A stretch of 60,746 nt of DNA, the filler included. It is 4 parts of 4 records of this genome, joined end to end, with 100 filler letters (N's around TTAATTAATTAA, not from the genome) between each part and the next. Parts side by side here need not be neighbours in the genome. Positions count along the whole stretch, not along the records: positions 44,929 to 60,746 come from DRR723986_6761; 3 more parts are not named here. One strand, 5' to 3'. Positions 48,244 through 57,277 of this stretch are shown in pieces; the stretch's first letter is position 1, and every line of letters starts with the position of its first letter. Below the pieces are notes generated by a model, which saw only the letters and a program-made list of their open reading frames with translations, was not told the origin of the DNA and did no database searches. Position numbers and translations under genes: made by a program.

Positions 48244-49287
48244 ATGACACATCTCTGGGTCCGCGCCGAACAGCGCCTGAACGAAGAACGCGCCGGGATC
48301 ACGGCAGAGGGCGTAAATGCCCTGATCGCCGCAGGCATCCGCGTGACGGTCGAGGAAAGCTCCACCCGCGCGGCGGGGCTGACGGGCTATGCCGAGGCGG
48401 GGGCCGAGGTCGCGCCGGAAAACAACTGGCCAGACGCGCCTGCCGACGCGATCATCTTCGGGCTGAAGGAACTGCCAGAGGATGGCACCCCGCTGCCGCA
48501 CCGCCACATCATGTTCGGCCACGCCTTCAAGGGGCAGTTTTCGGGCCGCGCGCTGCTGGATCGCTTCAAGGCCGGGGGCGGAACGCTCTACGATCTGGAA
48601 TACCTCGTGAACGAAAACGGTCGCCGTGTCGCGGCCTTCGGTTACTGGGCCGGGTTCGCGGGGGCGGCTGTGTCATTGAAAGCTTGGATAGCGCAACAGT
48701 CTGGCGGCATCTGCCCGCCCGTGGGGGCCTATCCCGGCAAGGACGCGCTGCTGGCCGATCTGGCCGAAGGCATGGCTGGCCTTCCCGCGCCCCGCGCCAT
48801 GGTGATCGGCGCGCTTGGCCGTGTCGGCACCGGCGCGGCGGACCTGTGCGAGGCCATGGGGATGAGCGTGACCAAGTGGGACATGGCAGAGACCTCCAGC
48901 GGCGGGCCGTTCCCGGAAATCCTCGATCATGATATCTTCCTCAACTGCATCTTCGCGCGTCCCGGAACGCCGGTATTCGTCCCGCGCGAAGCCCTGACGC
49001 AGCCACGCAGCCTGACCGTGATCGGCGATGTCGCCTGCGACCCGGACAGCGACTACAACCCGGTTCCGATCTATGACCGCGCGACAACCTGGGACGCGCC
49101 TGCGTTGCGCGTCCATGACACCCCGCCGATGGACGTGATGGCCATCGACAACCTGCCCTCGATGCTGCCGGTGGAATCCTCTCAGGACTACGCGGCGCAG
49201 CTTTTACCCTCTTTGATCACGCTGACCGACCTGGACAGCGGGGTCTGGGCACGGGCGAAAACCGAATTTGACAAACACCTGGGCTGA
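48244..49287 (+). CDS. Saccharopine dehydrogenase, lysine-forming / lysine-ketoglutarate reductase (LYS1-like)
   Basis: 'LWVRAE...EER', 'GLKELP', 'FGHAFKGQ', 'LYDLEYL...GRRVAAFG', 'IGALGRVGTGA', 'IDNLPSMLP.ESS'. Confidence 0.9.
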   Translation: MTHLWVRAEQRLNEERAGITAEGVNALIAAGIRVTVEESSTRAAGLTGYAEAGAEVAPENNWPDAPADAIIFGLKELPEDGTPLPHRHIMFGHAFKGQFSGRALLDRFKAGGGTLYDLEYLVNENGRRVAAFGYWAGFAGAAVSLKAWIAQQSGGICPPVGAYPGKDALLADLAEGMAGLPAPRAMVIGALGRVGTGAADLCEAMGMSVTKWDMAETSSGGPFPEILDHDIFLNCIFARPGTPVFVPREALTQPRSLTVIGDVACDPDSDYNPVPIYDRATTWDAPALRVHDTPPMDVMAIDNLPSMLPVESSQDYAAQLLPSLITLTDLDSGVWARAKTEFDKHLG

Positions 49288-49312
49288 GCGCCCAAAGAAG
49301 GAGAGCCGTGAC

Positions 49313-50452
49313 ATGACGATTCATTGGTGTGGAACCGGCCTGTCCGCGATCCCCGGCCTGCGGCGTCTGATCGAAGCGGGCCAGCCCGTCGTGGTCTGGA
49401 ACCGGACGATTGAAAAGGCTCAGGACGCCGTGGGCGACCTGACCAAGGACATCCGCATTTTTGACATGGACGCAATCGGTGCGGCCCTGCAACCCGGCGA
49501 TGTGGCCGTGTCGATGCTGCCCGGCGACTGGCATGTTCCGCTGGCGGAACTGTGCATCTCCAAGGGCGCGCATTTCGTCTCTTCCTCCTACATCGCGCCA
49601 GAGATGCGGGCGCTGGATGAGACGGCGAAAGAGGCTGGGCTGGCTCTGGTCAACGAGGTGGGGCTCGACCCCGGTATCGACCACCTGATGGCCCATGCGC
49701 TGGTGGCTGACTACCGGTCATCTGACGCGTTCGATCTGGCCCACGCCCATAGTTTCATCAGCTATTGCGGCGGCATCCCGAAGATTGCGAACCCATTTCG
49801 CTACAAGTTCAGCTGGTCGCCGCTTGGGGTGCTGAAGGCATTGCGCTCGCCTTCCAAGTCGCTGGCCGGGGGTGCTGAAAAGATCGTCAACCGCCCATGG
49901 GACGCGATCTCCAGCTACGAGGCGCCGCTGCCTATGCCCGAAGCATTCGAGGTCTACCCCAACCGCGATTCCCTGCCCTTCATGGCAGACTATGGTTTCG
50001 GCCCGGATTGGATCGTCGACACCTTCGTGCGCGGCACCCTGCGGCTGAACGGCTGGAAGGACGCCTGGACTCCCGTTTTTCGCGAGATCGAGACGCTGCA
50101 AGGCGCGGAGGGGGATGCGCGGCTGAAAGAGATGTCAGACCAGTTCTGGACTGAAAACGCCTATGACGAGGGCGAGCCGGACCGGGTGGTTCTCTGTGTG
50201 TCGCTGAAAGCGGAAAAGGACGGGCAGACCGTCTGGCACAAGACCTATGCCATGGACGCTTGGGGCAATGACCACGGCACCGCAATGGCAAGACTGGTTT
50301 CAGTGCCGGTATCGCTGGCGGTCGAGGCGGTTCTGGCGGGCCGGATTGGCGCGGGCGTCAGCGCAGCGCCATCGGACATGGTGTTGGTGCGTGAATGGAT
50401 GGGCGTCGTGGCAGATCTGGCGCAGCATCTGGCCATCGTCGATCACGGCTAA
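49313..50452 (+). CDS. Saccharopine dehydrogenase, glutamate-forming (LYS9-like)
   Basis: 'VSMLP..H', 'VSSSY', 'NEVGLDPGIDHL', 'SYCGG.P...NP.RYKFSWSP.GV', 'YPNRDS', 'RGTLR', 'AMARLV..P'. Confidence 0.9.
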   Translation: MTIHWCGTGLSAIPGLRRLIEAGQPVVVWNRTIEKAQDAVGDLTKDIRIFDMDAIGAALQPGDVAVSMLPGDWHVPLAELCISKGAHFVSSSYIAPEMRALDETAKEAGLALVNEVGLDPGIDHLMAHALVADYRSSDAFDLAHAHSFISYCGGIPKIANPFRYKFSWSPLGVLKALRSPSKSLAGGAEKIVNRPWDAISSYEAPLPMPEAFEVYPNRDSLPFMADYGFGPDWIVDTFVRGTLRLNGWKDAWTPVFREIETLQGAEGDARLKEMSDQFWTENAYDEGEPDRVVLCVSLKAEKDGQTVWHKTYAMDAWGNDHGTAMARLVSVPVSLAVEAVLAGRIGAGVSAAPSDMVLVREWMGVVADLAQHLAIVDHG

Positions 50453-50475
50453 TTGGGGGCCTTCTGGCCCCTTTT

Positions 50476-50793
50476 TTACAGCAAATCTTCTTCCGCCTCG
50501 GACGGGTCGACGCCAAGCGCCTCTAGCCCTGCTTCCAGGTGATCGGAAAGATGTGGCGTACCGATGAGGTAATCGGCCGTGGGCGTCGAGGCTTCGGCCC
50601 GCGCGGTTGCCAAAGCCTCGGCGAAATCTTCGGGTTCGAAACTTCCGCGCCCGATCCACATGATCGCGACCACCTCGGCCTGTTCGTCTTCGTTCAGCGT
50701 TTCAAGGAACCCGCGCAGTTCGCGTTCGGCCCGGTCAAGCTCGTGACCCATCAGGATGATCTGCGCAACCTTGTGTGTTGAAATGGCCAGCAT
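50476..50793 (-). CDS. DUF3775 domain protein
   Basis: 'LNEDEQAEVVAIMWIGRG', 'YLIGTP.L.DHLE.GL'. Confidence 0.88.
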   Translation of the reverse strand: MLAISTHKVAQIILMGHELDRAERELRGFLETLNEDEQAEVVAIMWIGRGSFEPEDFAEALATARAEASTPTADYLIGTPHLSDHLEAGLEALGVDPSEAEEDLL

Positions 50794-50841
50794 GTCGATT
50801 CCTCCGGTTCTGTCCGAGTCCTGGGGAGCGTTGCGCCCGAA

Positions 50842-51561
50842 TTAATCCTGCGCCGGTTTTGTCAGCCATGCAATGGCAGGCCGCGTCAGCCAGCCGGGCA
50901 ATGCATGAAGCAGCCGCACCAAAGCCCCAGCCGAAGCCGGCACCGTCCGGCGAAAGCGCGGTGTTCCCATATGCTCGAAGATCCCCGCGGCCGCACTGTC
51001 CGGGGCGACGGCCATCCGGGTTCCCGGCACACCGAGCGTTACCAGCTGCACTGCCAGTGCCGTTCCGCGCGCCTCCGCCGCCAGCGATTCGGCCAACAGC
51101 CGCACGCCAGCCTTGGAAGCCGCATAGCCCGCCTGCCCTGATGCCCCGCCGATCCCGGCAAGACTATCGAGCAGCACGATATGCCCGCGCCCTTCAAAGA
51201 TCGGCAAGGCAACCCCAAGCACATTGGCGATCCCGTTCAGATTGGCAGAGATGCTCTCGCCAATGTCGGCCGCGTTCCAGTGATCCGTGTAAGCCGGGCA
51301 ATGCTGATCAAACGCGTAGACCAGCCCGTTCACGGCACCCAGTTCGATCGCCACATCGGCAAGCCCGCCCCTATCCGTGACGTCCATGGGAATATAGCTG
51401 GCCCGGCCAGGAAGCGTGACCATCAGATCCTCTAGCTTGCCCTGATCGCGGCCAGACAGAACCAGCGAGACCCCGGCCCGGCTGAGCTTGTCCGCAAGCG
51501 CGGCGCCAAGGGGGGTATCTGCCCCCAACAGCCAGTATCGCATGCCCGCCCAATCGCGCAT
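50842..51561 (-). CDS. Short-chain dehydrogenase/reductase (divergent)
   Basis: 'YWLLGADTPLG', 'LVLSGR', YAASK. Confidence 0.85.
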   Translation of the reverse strand: MRDWAGMRYWLLGADTPLGAALADKLSRAGVSLVLSGRDQGKLEDLMVTLPGRASYIPMDVTDRGGLADVAIELGAVNGLVYAFDQHCPAYTDHWNAADIGESISANLNGIANVLGVALPIFEGRGHIVLLDSLAGIGGASGQAGYAASKAGVRLLAESLAAEARGTALAVQLVTLGVPGTRMAVAPDSAAAGIFEHMGTPRFRRTVPASAGALVRLLHALPGWLTRPAIAWLTKPAQD

Positions 51562-51688
51562 CCTGCCCTCCGTTTTTCGGTTCGGGGGAAGGGTTTCATC
51601 TCCGACCGGACAGGTCCAGCGCAGAAGGGAGGATCAAACGTCGCAGCAATACCCTGCCCCGGACTGTGTCGGAGCAGGTGAAGGTCTG

Positions 51689-51874
51689 TCAGCCAAGCGT
51701 ACGGTTGAAAATGGTCCGGTCGCGCATCTGTGCCTGCCCGCCAAGCAGCGACCAGATGCGGAACATGGTTTGCGCATCACTGGCATGGCCCATTTCCTCG
51801 GGGTGGGTTTCCTTCAGTTTCAGGACGCGGATTTCCGACGTGTTATTGATCATGACGTTCACCTGTTGGTTCAC
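51689..51874 (-). CDS. Possible small hypothetical protein
   Basis: 61-aa GTG-start ORF in an otherwise empty gap; no recognised motif. Confidence 0.3.
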   Translation of the reverse strand: MNQQVNVMINNTSEIRVLKLKETHPEEMGHASDAQTMFRIWSLLGGQAQMRDRTIFNRTLG

Positions 51875-51978
51875 GCCCCCACAGCCAGATCAGATTGCGG
51901 GGTATCGGTTACCCGGGGCTTAACAGTGTCCGGGAAAAAGCGTTCAATTGGATCGACTTATCGAAAGGCTAACGGTGC

Positions 51979-52251
51979 ATGGACAACGGCATTCTCCTCC
52001 TTCTGGTCGCGTAAGGGCTGTGCATTGTGGTTTGGACAGCGCTGTCGTTTCGGGCGATCTTACAGATCCGTGCCATCGCCGCCGGACGCACCGGGCAGAG
52101 GTTTCCCGGGCCGGTGTCTTTCCTGTCGGCCATGGGGGTCTGGGTGAAAGAGCCAGCACGGCGCAACGCACGCGTTCTGTGGGTCTTGTCCCTTCTGGGC
52201 GTCATGGTGCCATCCGTCATCATCTCTCTGAGACCGGGTGGCATTGAATAG
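51979..52251 (+). pseudogene. Small membrane protein interrupted by an in-frame TAA
   Basis: MDNGILLLLVA*GLCIVVWTALSFRAI...; stop at 52012-52014 inside a continuous hydrophobic helix; AAAGG upstream. Confidence 0.55.
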
Positions 52252-52289
52252 GTCTTTCGCAGCCGGGCCAGAGCCAATAGACCGGGGCC

Positions 52290-52940
52290 ATGCAACCGCT
52301 CGACTACCGCCCCCCGCAGGATCCGCTGGACATCCTGCATCACGATCATGAAATCCTGCTGGTCAACAAACCAAGCGGGCTGCTGTCAGTGCCGGGCAAG
52401 GGTGACCACCTGTCCGATTGCCTGATCTCCCGCGTGCAAGAGGCCTTCCCCGAAGCGCTGCTGGTGCATCGGCTGGATATGGACACATCGGGGGTAATGG
52501 TCTTTGGCTTGACGCCCCATGCGCAGCGGCATCTGGGCCTGCAATTCGAGAAGCGGCAGACCAAGAAAACCTATGTGGCACGGGTGTGGGGGAAGATGGC
52601 GGAAAAGACGGGCGAGGTGGACTTGCCGCTGATCGTGGATTGGCCGAACCGACCTTTGCAAATGGTCGATCACGAGAACGGCAAGCCTGCACAGACCGAA
52701 TGGCGGGTGATGCGATATGGCGACGATGAAACGCGGGTGCGGTTATACCCCCGCACCGGCCGTTCACATCAGCTGCGGGTGCATATGCTGGCGCTTGGGC
52801 ATCCGATTCTGGGCGACCCGTTTTACGCCAAGGGGCCGGCGCGCGACTTTCCCCGGCTGATGCTGCATGCCGAGGCGCTGCGGCTGCGCCATCCTGACGG
52901 CGGCAAGGGGCTGACGTTTTCGGTGAAAGCCCCGTTTTAG
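52290..52940 (+). CDS. rluA: RluA-family pseudouridine synthase
   Basis: 'VNKPSGLLSVPG', 'VHRLDMDTSG', 'TGRSHQLRVH', 'HPILGD'. Confidence 0.95.
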   Translation: MQPLDYRPPQDPLDILHHDHEILLVNKPSGLLSVPGKGDHLSDCLISRVQEAFPEALLVHRLDMDTSGVMVFGLTPHAQRHLGLQFEKRQTKKTYVARVWGKMAEKTGEVDLPLIVDWPNRPLQMVDHENGKPAQTEWRVMRYGDDETRVRLYPRTGRSHQLRVHMLALGHPILGDPFYAKGPARDFPRLMLHAEALRLRHPDGGKGLTFSVKAPF

Positions 52941-53006
52941 GTTGGGCGCGGGGAAAGGATTTTCGAAAATCCTTCTACCGATCTGCGAAGATCGGTTCAC
53001 CGCCCG

Positions 53007-54041
53007 TCAGCCGCGAAGCACCCTGTCGGTCAGGTTCATGCGGGTGGCCACGATCGGGCAAACCAGCGGTTCAAGTTCCGGCTCGCGCCGCAACACTTCC
53101 TCCAGATCGTCCAGCCGGTTCGTGGCGATCAGTTGCAGAACATCGCTTCGCAGACCGCCGTCTTGCCGGCGGGGTAGCTGGGTAACCGGCTGCACAAGTT
53201 CGGCCTTCGCCTCGGGGATCAGGGCCCGCAGCGCGACCGACTCGAGATCGGTTTCGGCAAAGACGTAGACCCCCACCCCGCGCGCTGGCAGGGCGTAGGT
53301 GCAAAGCGCCACGTCGCGGATGGCCTCATGGCCCGCCACCAGTTCCCGGATCGCGGGGCCGTCGCGGGCAATCCGGTCATCCGTGCCTTCGCCATCAGAC
53401 CAGTTCATAAGCCGTCGGGTAATGAAGTTGTAAAGCGGTTTGGCCGTCGCCATCCAGACGCGAGACGGCAGCGACTTTCGCGCCAGAAGCCGCCGTTCGG
53501 ATGCCGTTAGCAGATCAGGCGCAAAAGCGCGTTTCTGTTTCAGCAGGTGGCGCAGATCCTCGCGCGCCATGGTGCGGAACATCACGCCACGCCGTCGATG
53601 CACGCTGGCCAGTTGAAAGTCGATGACCGCTGCGCGACCTTCCGGTGTGCGCAGCCAATTCTGCGGCTTGGCGATGTCGTTATGCGTCACCCCACGTCGC
53701 CGCATCTGCCGCAAGAGTCGCTTGGCGTCGCGGTAGAACATCGGATCCACGGGCCGCGCCAATTGCAGCGGCGTGCCCTCTGACCAACTGCGCAAAAGCC
53801 CGACCTTGTCGACGCGCAGCAGATCCGGTGTGCCGTCGATCCCCTGAACTGCCCGAAGCCCGCGGATTTCCTTGCGCGCCAGGTACCATGCGACGGGGCG
53901 TGCCCAGAACGGCACGCCATCCAGTTTGCGAAGCGCCACCTTGCGGGAGGGTTCCTCGGCCAGATGCCCGGCAATTGTTTCCGAGAACACATCGCGTTTC
54001 AGCACCGTGTCGGGCACGAAGGTCAGGGGCAGCTCTGGCAT
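53007..54041 (-). CDS. Protein-kinase-like (RIO/APH-type) domain fused to an acyl-CoA-synthetase-like C-terminal domain
   Basis: 'HNDIAKPQNW' catalytic loop, 'IDFQLA'; C-terminus 'GHEAIRDVALC...GVGVYVF...VQPV.QLPR..DG.LR..VL..IA' resembles AMP-binding_C. Confidence 0.75.
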   Translation of the reverse strand: MPELPLTFVPDTVLKRDVFSETIAGHLAEEPSRKVALRKLDGVPFWARPVAWYLARKEIRGLRAVQGIDGTPDLLRVDKVGLLRSWSEGTPLQLARPVDPMFYRDAKRLLRQMRRRGVTHNDIAKPQNWLRTPEGRAAVIDFQLASVHRRRGVMFRTMAREDLRHLLKQKRAFAPDLLTASERRLLARKSLPSRVWMATAKPLYNFITRRLMNWSDGEGTDDRIARDGPAIRELVAGHEAIRDVALCTYALPARGVGVYVFAETDLESVALRALIPEAKAELVQPVTQLPRRQDGGLRSDVLQLIATNRLDDLEEVLRREPELEPLVCPIVATRMNLTDRVLRG

Positions 54042-54115
54042 ATCGGGAGACCCCAAAAAGACAACATCCGGGGGCGTCTTACCCCCGGATGCAAAGGTTT
54101 GTCCACGTTCACGGA

Positions 54116-55561
54116 TCAGGCGTCGTCAGACGACCAGCCCGACACCGCCTTGACCTCGCAGAAATCCTCCAGCCCGAAGACACCGCCTTCACGCCCGTTG
54201 CCGGATTTTTTCATGCCGCCAAAGGGGCTGCCTGCGCCGCGACCCTGGCCGTTCATCTCGACCATGCCGGACCGCAAGCGCCGCGCCAGACGGTTGCGCT
54301 TGGCCCCGTCTTGCGTCTGGACGTAGTTCGTCAGACCGTATTCGGTGTCATTGGCAATCGACAGCGCCTCGGCCTCATCCTCGAACGGGATGATCGACAG
54401 GACCGGCCCGAAAATTTCTTCACGAGCAATGGTCATGTCGTTGTTGACGTCGGCAAAAACCGTGGGGCGGACGAAATAGCCCTTGTTGAAGCCTTCTGGC
54501 CGCCCGAGACCACCGGCCACAAGACGCGCGCCTTCTGCGATGCCTTTTGCAATCAACCCCTGAATCTTGTCGAATTGCATCTGGCTGACCACCGGGCCAA
54601 TGTGACGGCCGGACTCGCTTGCCAGGCCCACGGTGGTGGCGTCTGCCGTGGCCGCCGCGATCTCTACCGCCTGATCGTAGATGTCACGTTGCACCAGCAT
54701 CCGTGTCGGCGCGTTGCAGGACTGGCCGGAATTGTTGAAGCAATGCAGCGCGCCCCGCTTGACCGCCTTTTCGTCGGCATCGGCGAAGATGATGTTCGCG
54801 CCCTTGCCACCAAGCTCCAGATGGACGGGTTTCAGCGTGTCGGCGGCATTCTTGGAAATCGCGATGCCCGCACGGGTCGACCCGGTAAAGCTGATCGCGT
54901 CAATGCCGGGATGGGCCGTCATGGCCGAGCCAACGCCGGCCCCGTCCCCGTTGATCATGTTGAAGACACCGGCGGGAACCCCAGCCTCATCGAGGATCTC
55001 GGCCCAGACCAGCGACGACAGCGGCGCAATCTCGGACGGTTTCAGGATCATGGTGCAGCCGGTCGCCAGCGCCGGGATCACCTTCAGCGTCACCTGGTTC
55101 ATCGGCCAGTTCCACGGGGTGATCATGCCGACGACACCGACACCTTCATAGATGATCCGGTCATTGGGGGCATGAGCGCCCAAGGGGCGTTCGAATTCGA
55201 AATCCTCCAGCGCCTTGATGAAGTTCATGATGTGCCATGTGCCAGCGCCAACCTGAGACGAGCGGGCCATGTCAATCGGCGCACCCATTTCGGTGCTGAT
55301 CGCCTGCGCCATGTCTTCGCCACGCGCCTTGTAGACGTCCAGCACCTTGCGGATCAGGTCCAGCCGGTCCTGCTTGGACGTATATGCATAACTTTCGAAC
55401 GCGGCGCGGGCAGCAGCGACGGCGGCGTCCACATCGGCCTGACCGCCAAGTGAAATCGTCGCGCAGACCTCTTCGGTCGAGGGGTTGATGACGTCGAAAT
55501 CATTGGGCTGGCTCGGGGCCACCCATTGGCCGTTGATGTAGAAATCTGTGCTCTTGGGCAT
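54116..55561 (-). CDS. Aldehyde dehydrogenase
   Basis: 'ITPWNWP', 'LKPSE', 'FTGSTRAG', 'LELGGK', 'NSGQSCNA', 'EEIFGPV'. Confidence 0.96.
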   Translation of the reverse strand: MPKSTDFYINGQWVAPSQPNDFDVINPSTEEVCATISLGGQADVDAAVAAARAAFESYAYTSKQDRLDLIRKVLDVYKARGEDMAQAISTEMGAPIDMARSSQVGAGTWHIMNFIKALEDFEFERPLGAHAPNDRIIYEGVGVVGMITPWNWPMNQVTLKVIPALATGCTMILKPSEIAPLSSLVWAEILDEAGVPAGVFNMINGDGAGVGSAMTAHPGIDAISFTGSTRAGIAISKNAADTLKPVHLELGGKGANIIFADADEKAVKRGALHCFNNSGQSCNAPTRMLVQRDIYDQAVEIAAATADATTVGLASESGRHIGPVVSQMQFDKIQGLIAKGIAEGARLVAGGLGRPEGFNKGYFVRPTVFADVNNDMTIAREEIFGPVLSIIPFEDEAEALSIANDTEYGLTNYVQTQDGAKRNRLARRLRSGMVEMNGQGRGAGSPFGGMKKSGNGREGGVFGLEDFCEVKAVSGWSSDDA

Positions 55562-55787
55562 GATCTGTCTCCCTTGTTCGGCGCGGAGCCTGTCATTGAC
55601 CGCTGCCAAGGACAAGGCCCCCTGTTTGTGACGTGACGGCGCGGCAGGAACACGTGTTCCGGCTGTTGTGGTGCGGCGGAATGTCCGTCCCTATTTTACA
55701 ATCATTCTAACTTCCGCCCGTGTATCTGACCACGCAAGAGCTTATATTGTAATTGACGAACGCAACCAAATAACGAGGAGTCCCAGT

Positions 55788-56441
55788 ATGGCCCTGCGCA
55801 TCAATGACACCATCCCGAACCTGACCGTCGAAACCGATCAGGGCAGCTTTGCCCTGCATGACTGGATCGGCGACAACTGGGCGATCCTGTTCAGCCACCC
55901 CAAGGATTTCACGCCCGTCTGCACCACCGAATTCGGCGCTGTCGCCCAACTGGCTGATGAATGGGAAAAGCGCGGCACCAAGGTTCTGGGGATCTCTGTC
56001 GACGGCGTGGAAGAGCACGTTCAGTGGAAAGGCGATATCGAATCCGTCGGTGGCGCCAAGGCGGGCTTCCCGATTGTCGCTGACACCGATCTGCAAGTGT
56101 CCAAAGCCTTCGACATGCTTCAGGCCGACTATTACCTGTCCGACAACCCGACGCCCGCCGACAGCCAGACCGTGCGGACCGTGTTCATCATCGGACCCGA
56201 CAAGCAACTGAAGCTGTCGATGACCTATCCCATGAACGTCGGCCGCAACTTCGCCGAGGTGCTGCGCGCGCTGGACGCCCTGCAAACCGCCGCGCGTGAA
56301 ACCATCGCGACCCCGGCCAACTGGACCCCGGGCGGCGATGTTGTGGTTCCGCTTTCGGTCAGCGACGAGGATGCCATCGCCAAATACGGCTCGATCGACA
56401 AGAAACTGCCCTATCTGCGCATGGCCAAGCTGAACGGCTAA
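55788..56441 (+). CDS. 1-Cys peroxiredoxin (Prx6)
   Basis: 'FSHPKDFTPVCTTE', 'TVRTVFIIGPD', 'YP..VGRNF.E', 'TPANW'; GAGGAG SD. Confidence 0.95.
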   Translation: MALRINDTIPNLTVETDQGSFALHDWIGDNWAILFSHPKDFTPVCTTEFGAVAQLADEWEKRGTKVLGISVDGVEEHVQWKGDIESVGGAKAGFPIVADTDLQVSKAFDMLQADYYLSDNPTPADSQTVRTVFIIGPDKQLKLSMTYPMNVGRNFAEVLRALDALQTAARETIATPANWTPGGDVVVPLSVSDEDAIAKYGSIDKKLPYLRMAKLNG

Positions 56442-56460
56442 GACCAAAGCACGGCGATCA

Positions 56461-56496
56461 GAAAAGGCCCCCTTGTACGCATCCGGGGGCCTTTTC
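56461..56496. terminator. Bidirectional terminator
   Basis: GAAAAGGCCCCC...GGGGGCCTTTTC between convergent genes. Confidence 0.8.
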
Positions 56497-56512
56497 CTGC
56501 GTCAAGCATCGT

Positions 56513-57073
56513 TCACACCGGGTGCAGTGTGACGCGTGTGCCGATATCGACCATGTCGTAAAGCTGCTCCACATGCGTGTTGACCATACGGATGCAGCCA
56601 GACGAGGCAGACATGCCGATAGACCATGGCTGAGGTGTTCCGTGGATGCGCAACAGCGAATCGCCATAGCCGGTATAGAGGTACAGCGCCCGTGCGCCGA
56701 GAGGGTTGTCTGGCCCACCCTCCATGCCGCCTGCGAACTGGGCATAGACCTCTGGCTCTCGTGCGATCATGTTCGGAGTGGGTGTCCAGCTCGGCCACTC
56801 TGCCTTGCGGCCAACGCGGAAAGAGCCAACGGCCTGGCGGCCCTCTCGCCCGACGGCGACCCCAAATCTTAGCGCCGTGTCATTCTCATGCACCAGATAT
56901 AGGAAATGCGCGCCCATATCGACATGGACCGTGCCGGGACGAAAGCCCGGGTTGATTGCCACCATCTGCGGTTCATAGCGGGTGGACAGGGTCCATCCCT
57001 GCTGCGCATTTGCGATGGTTGGCGTCAGGGCCAAAGCGGCCCCGGAGGCAATGAAATGTCGGCGGGTCAGCAT
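56513..57073 (-). CDS. L,D-transpeptidase (ErfK/YbiS) with Tat signal
   Basis: 'TRRHFI' Tat motif, 'KAEWPSWTPT', 'GGPDNPLGARALYL', 'RIHGT..PWSIG...SSGCIRM'. Confidence 0.95.
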   Translation of the reverse strand: MLTRRHFIASGAALALTPTIANAQQGWTLSTRYEPQMVAINPGFRPGTVHVDMGAHFLYLVHENDTALRFGVAVGREGRQAVGSFRVGRKAEWPSWTPTPNMIAREPEVYAQFAGGMEGGPDNPLGARALYLYTGYGDSLLRIHGTPQPWSIGMSASSGCIRMVNTHVEQLYDMVDIGTRVTLHPV

Positions 57074-57165
57074 TGGCAGCACCCCTCCCCTTAGGCAATT
57101 TACTGATCTCGACGAAGTTTGGCCGATCCGCGCTAGGGCCGGCAAGTCTTTGTTTGATAACGTTT

Positions 57166-57215
57166 CTGTAATTCTCACCTGCGCAGGTTTCACAAAGACG
57201 ATTCAAACCTGTCAC
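57166..57215 (+). promoter_or_regulatory. Possible Pho-box half-sites upstream of phoX
   Basis: CTGTAAT (57166), GTTTCAC (57187), CTGTCAC (57209) resemble CTGTCAT at 21-22 nt spacing. Confidence 0.4.
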
Positions 57216-57277
57216 ACGGCGTTGACAGGCCTGCGCTAGCCAACGCGCCAGTTGAAACCATCGCGCAAGAGGCCGCC

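Noticed and set aside
46030-48250. 389-aa (+) and 305-aa (-) overlapping ORFs
   Set aside because: Antisense to the M20 hydrolase and the histidine phosphatase, which have clear motifs
53645-55453. 602-aa antisense ORF
   Set aside because: Shadow of the ALDH and kinase genes
54116-55561. ALDH as the aminoadipate-semialdehyde dehydrogenase of the saccharopine pathway
   Set aside because: Opposite strand, several genes away, and its motifs do not look like ALDH7/antiquitin
55707-56447. 246-aa antisense ORF
   Set aside because: Shadow of the peroxiredoxin
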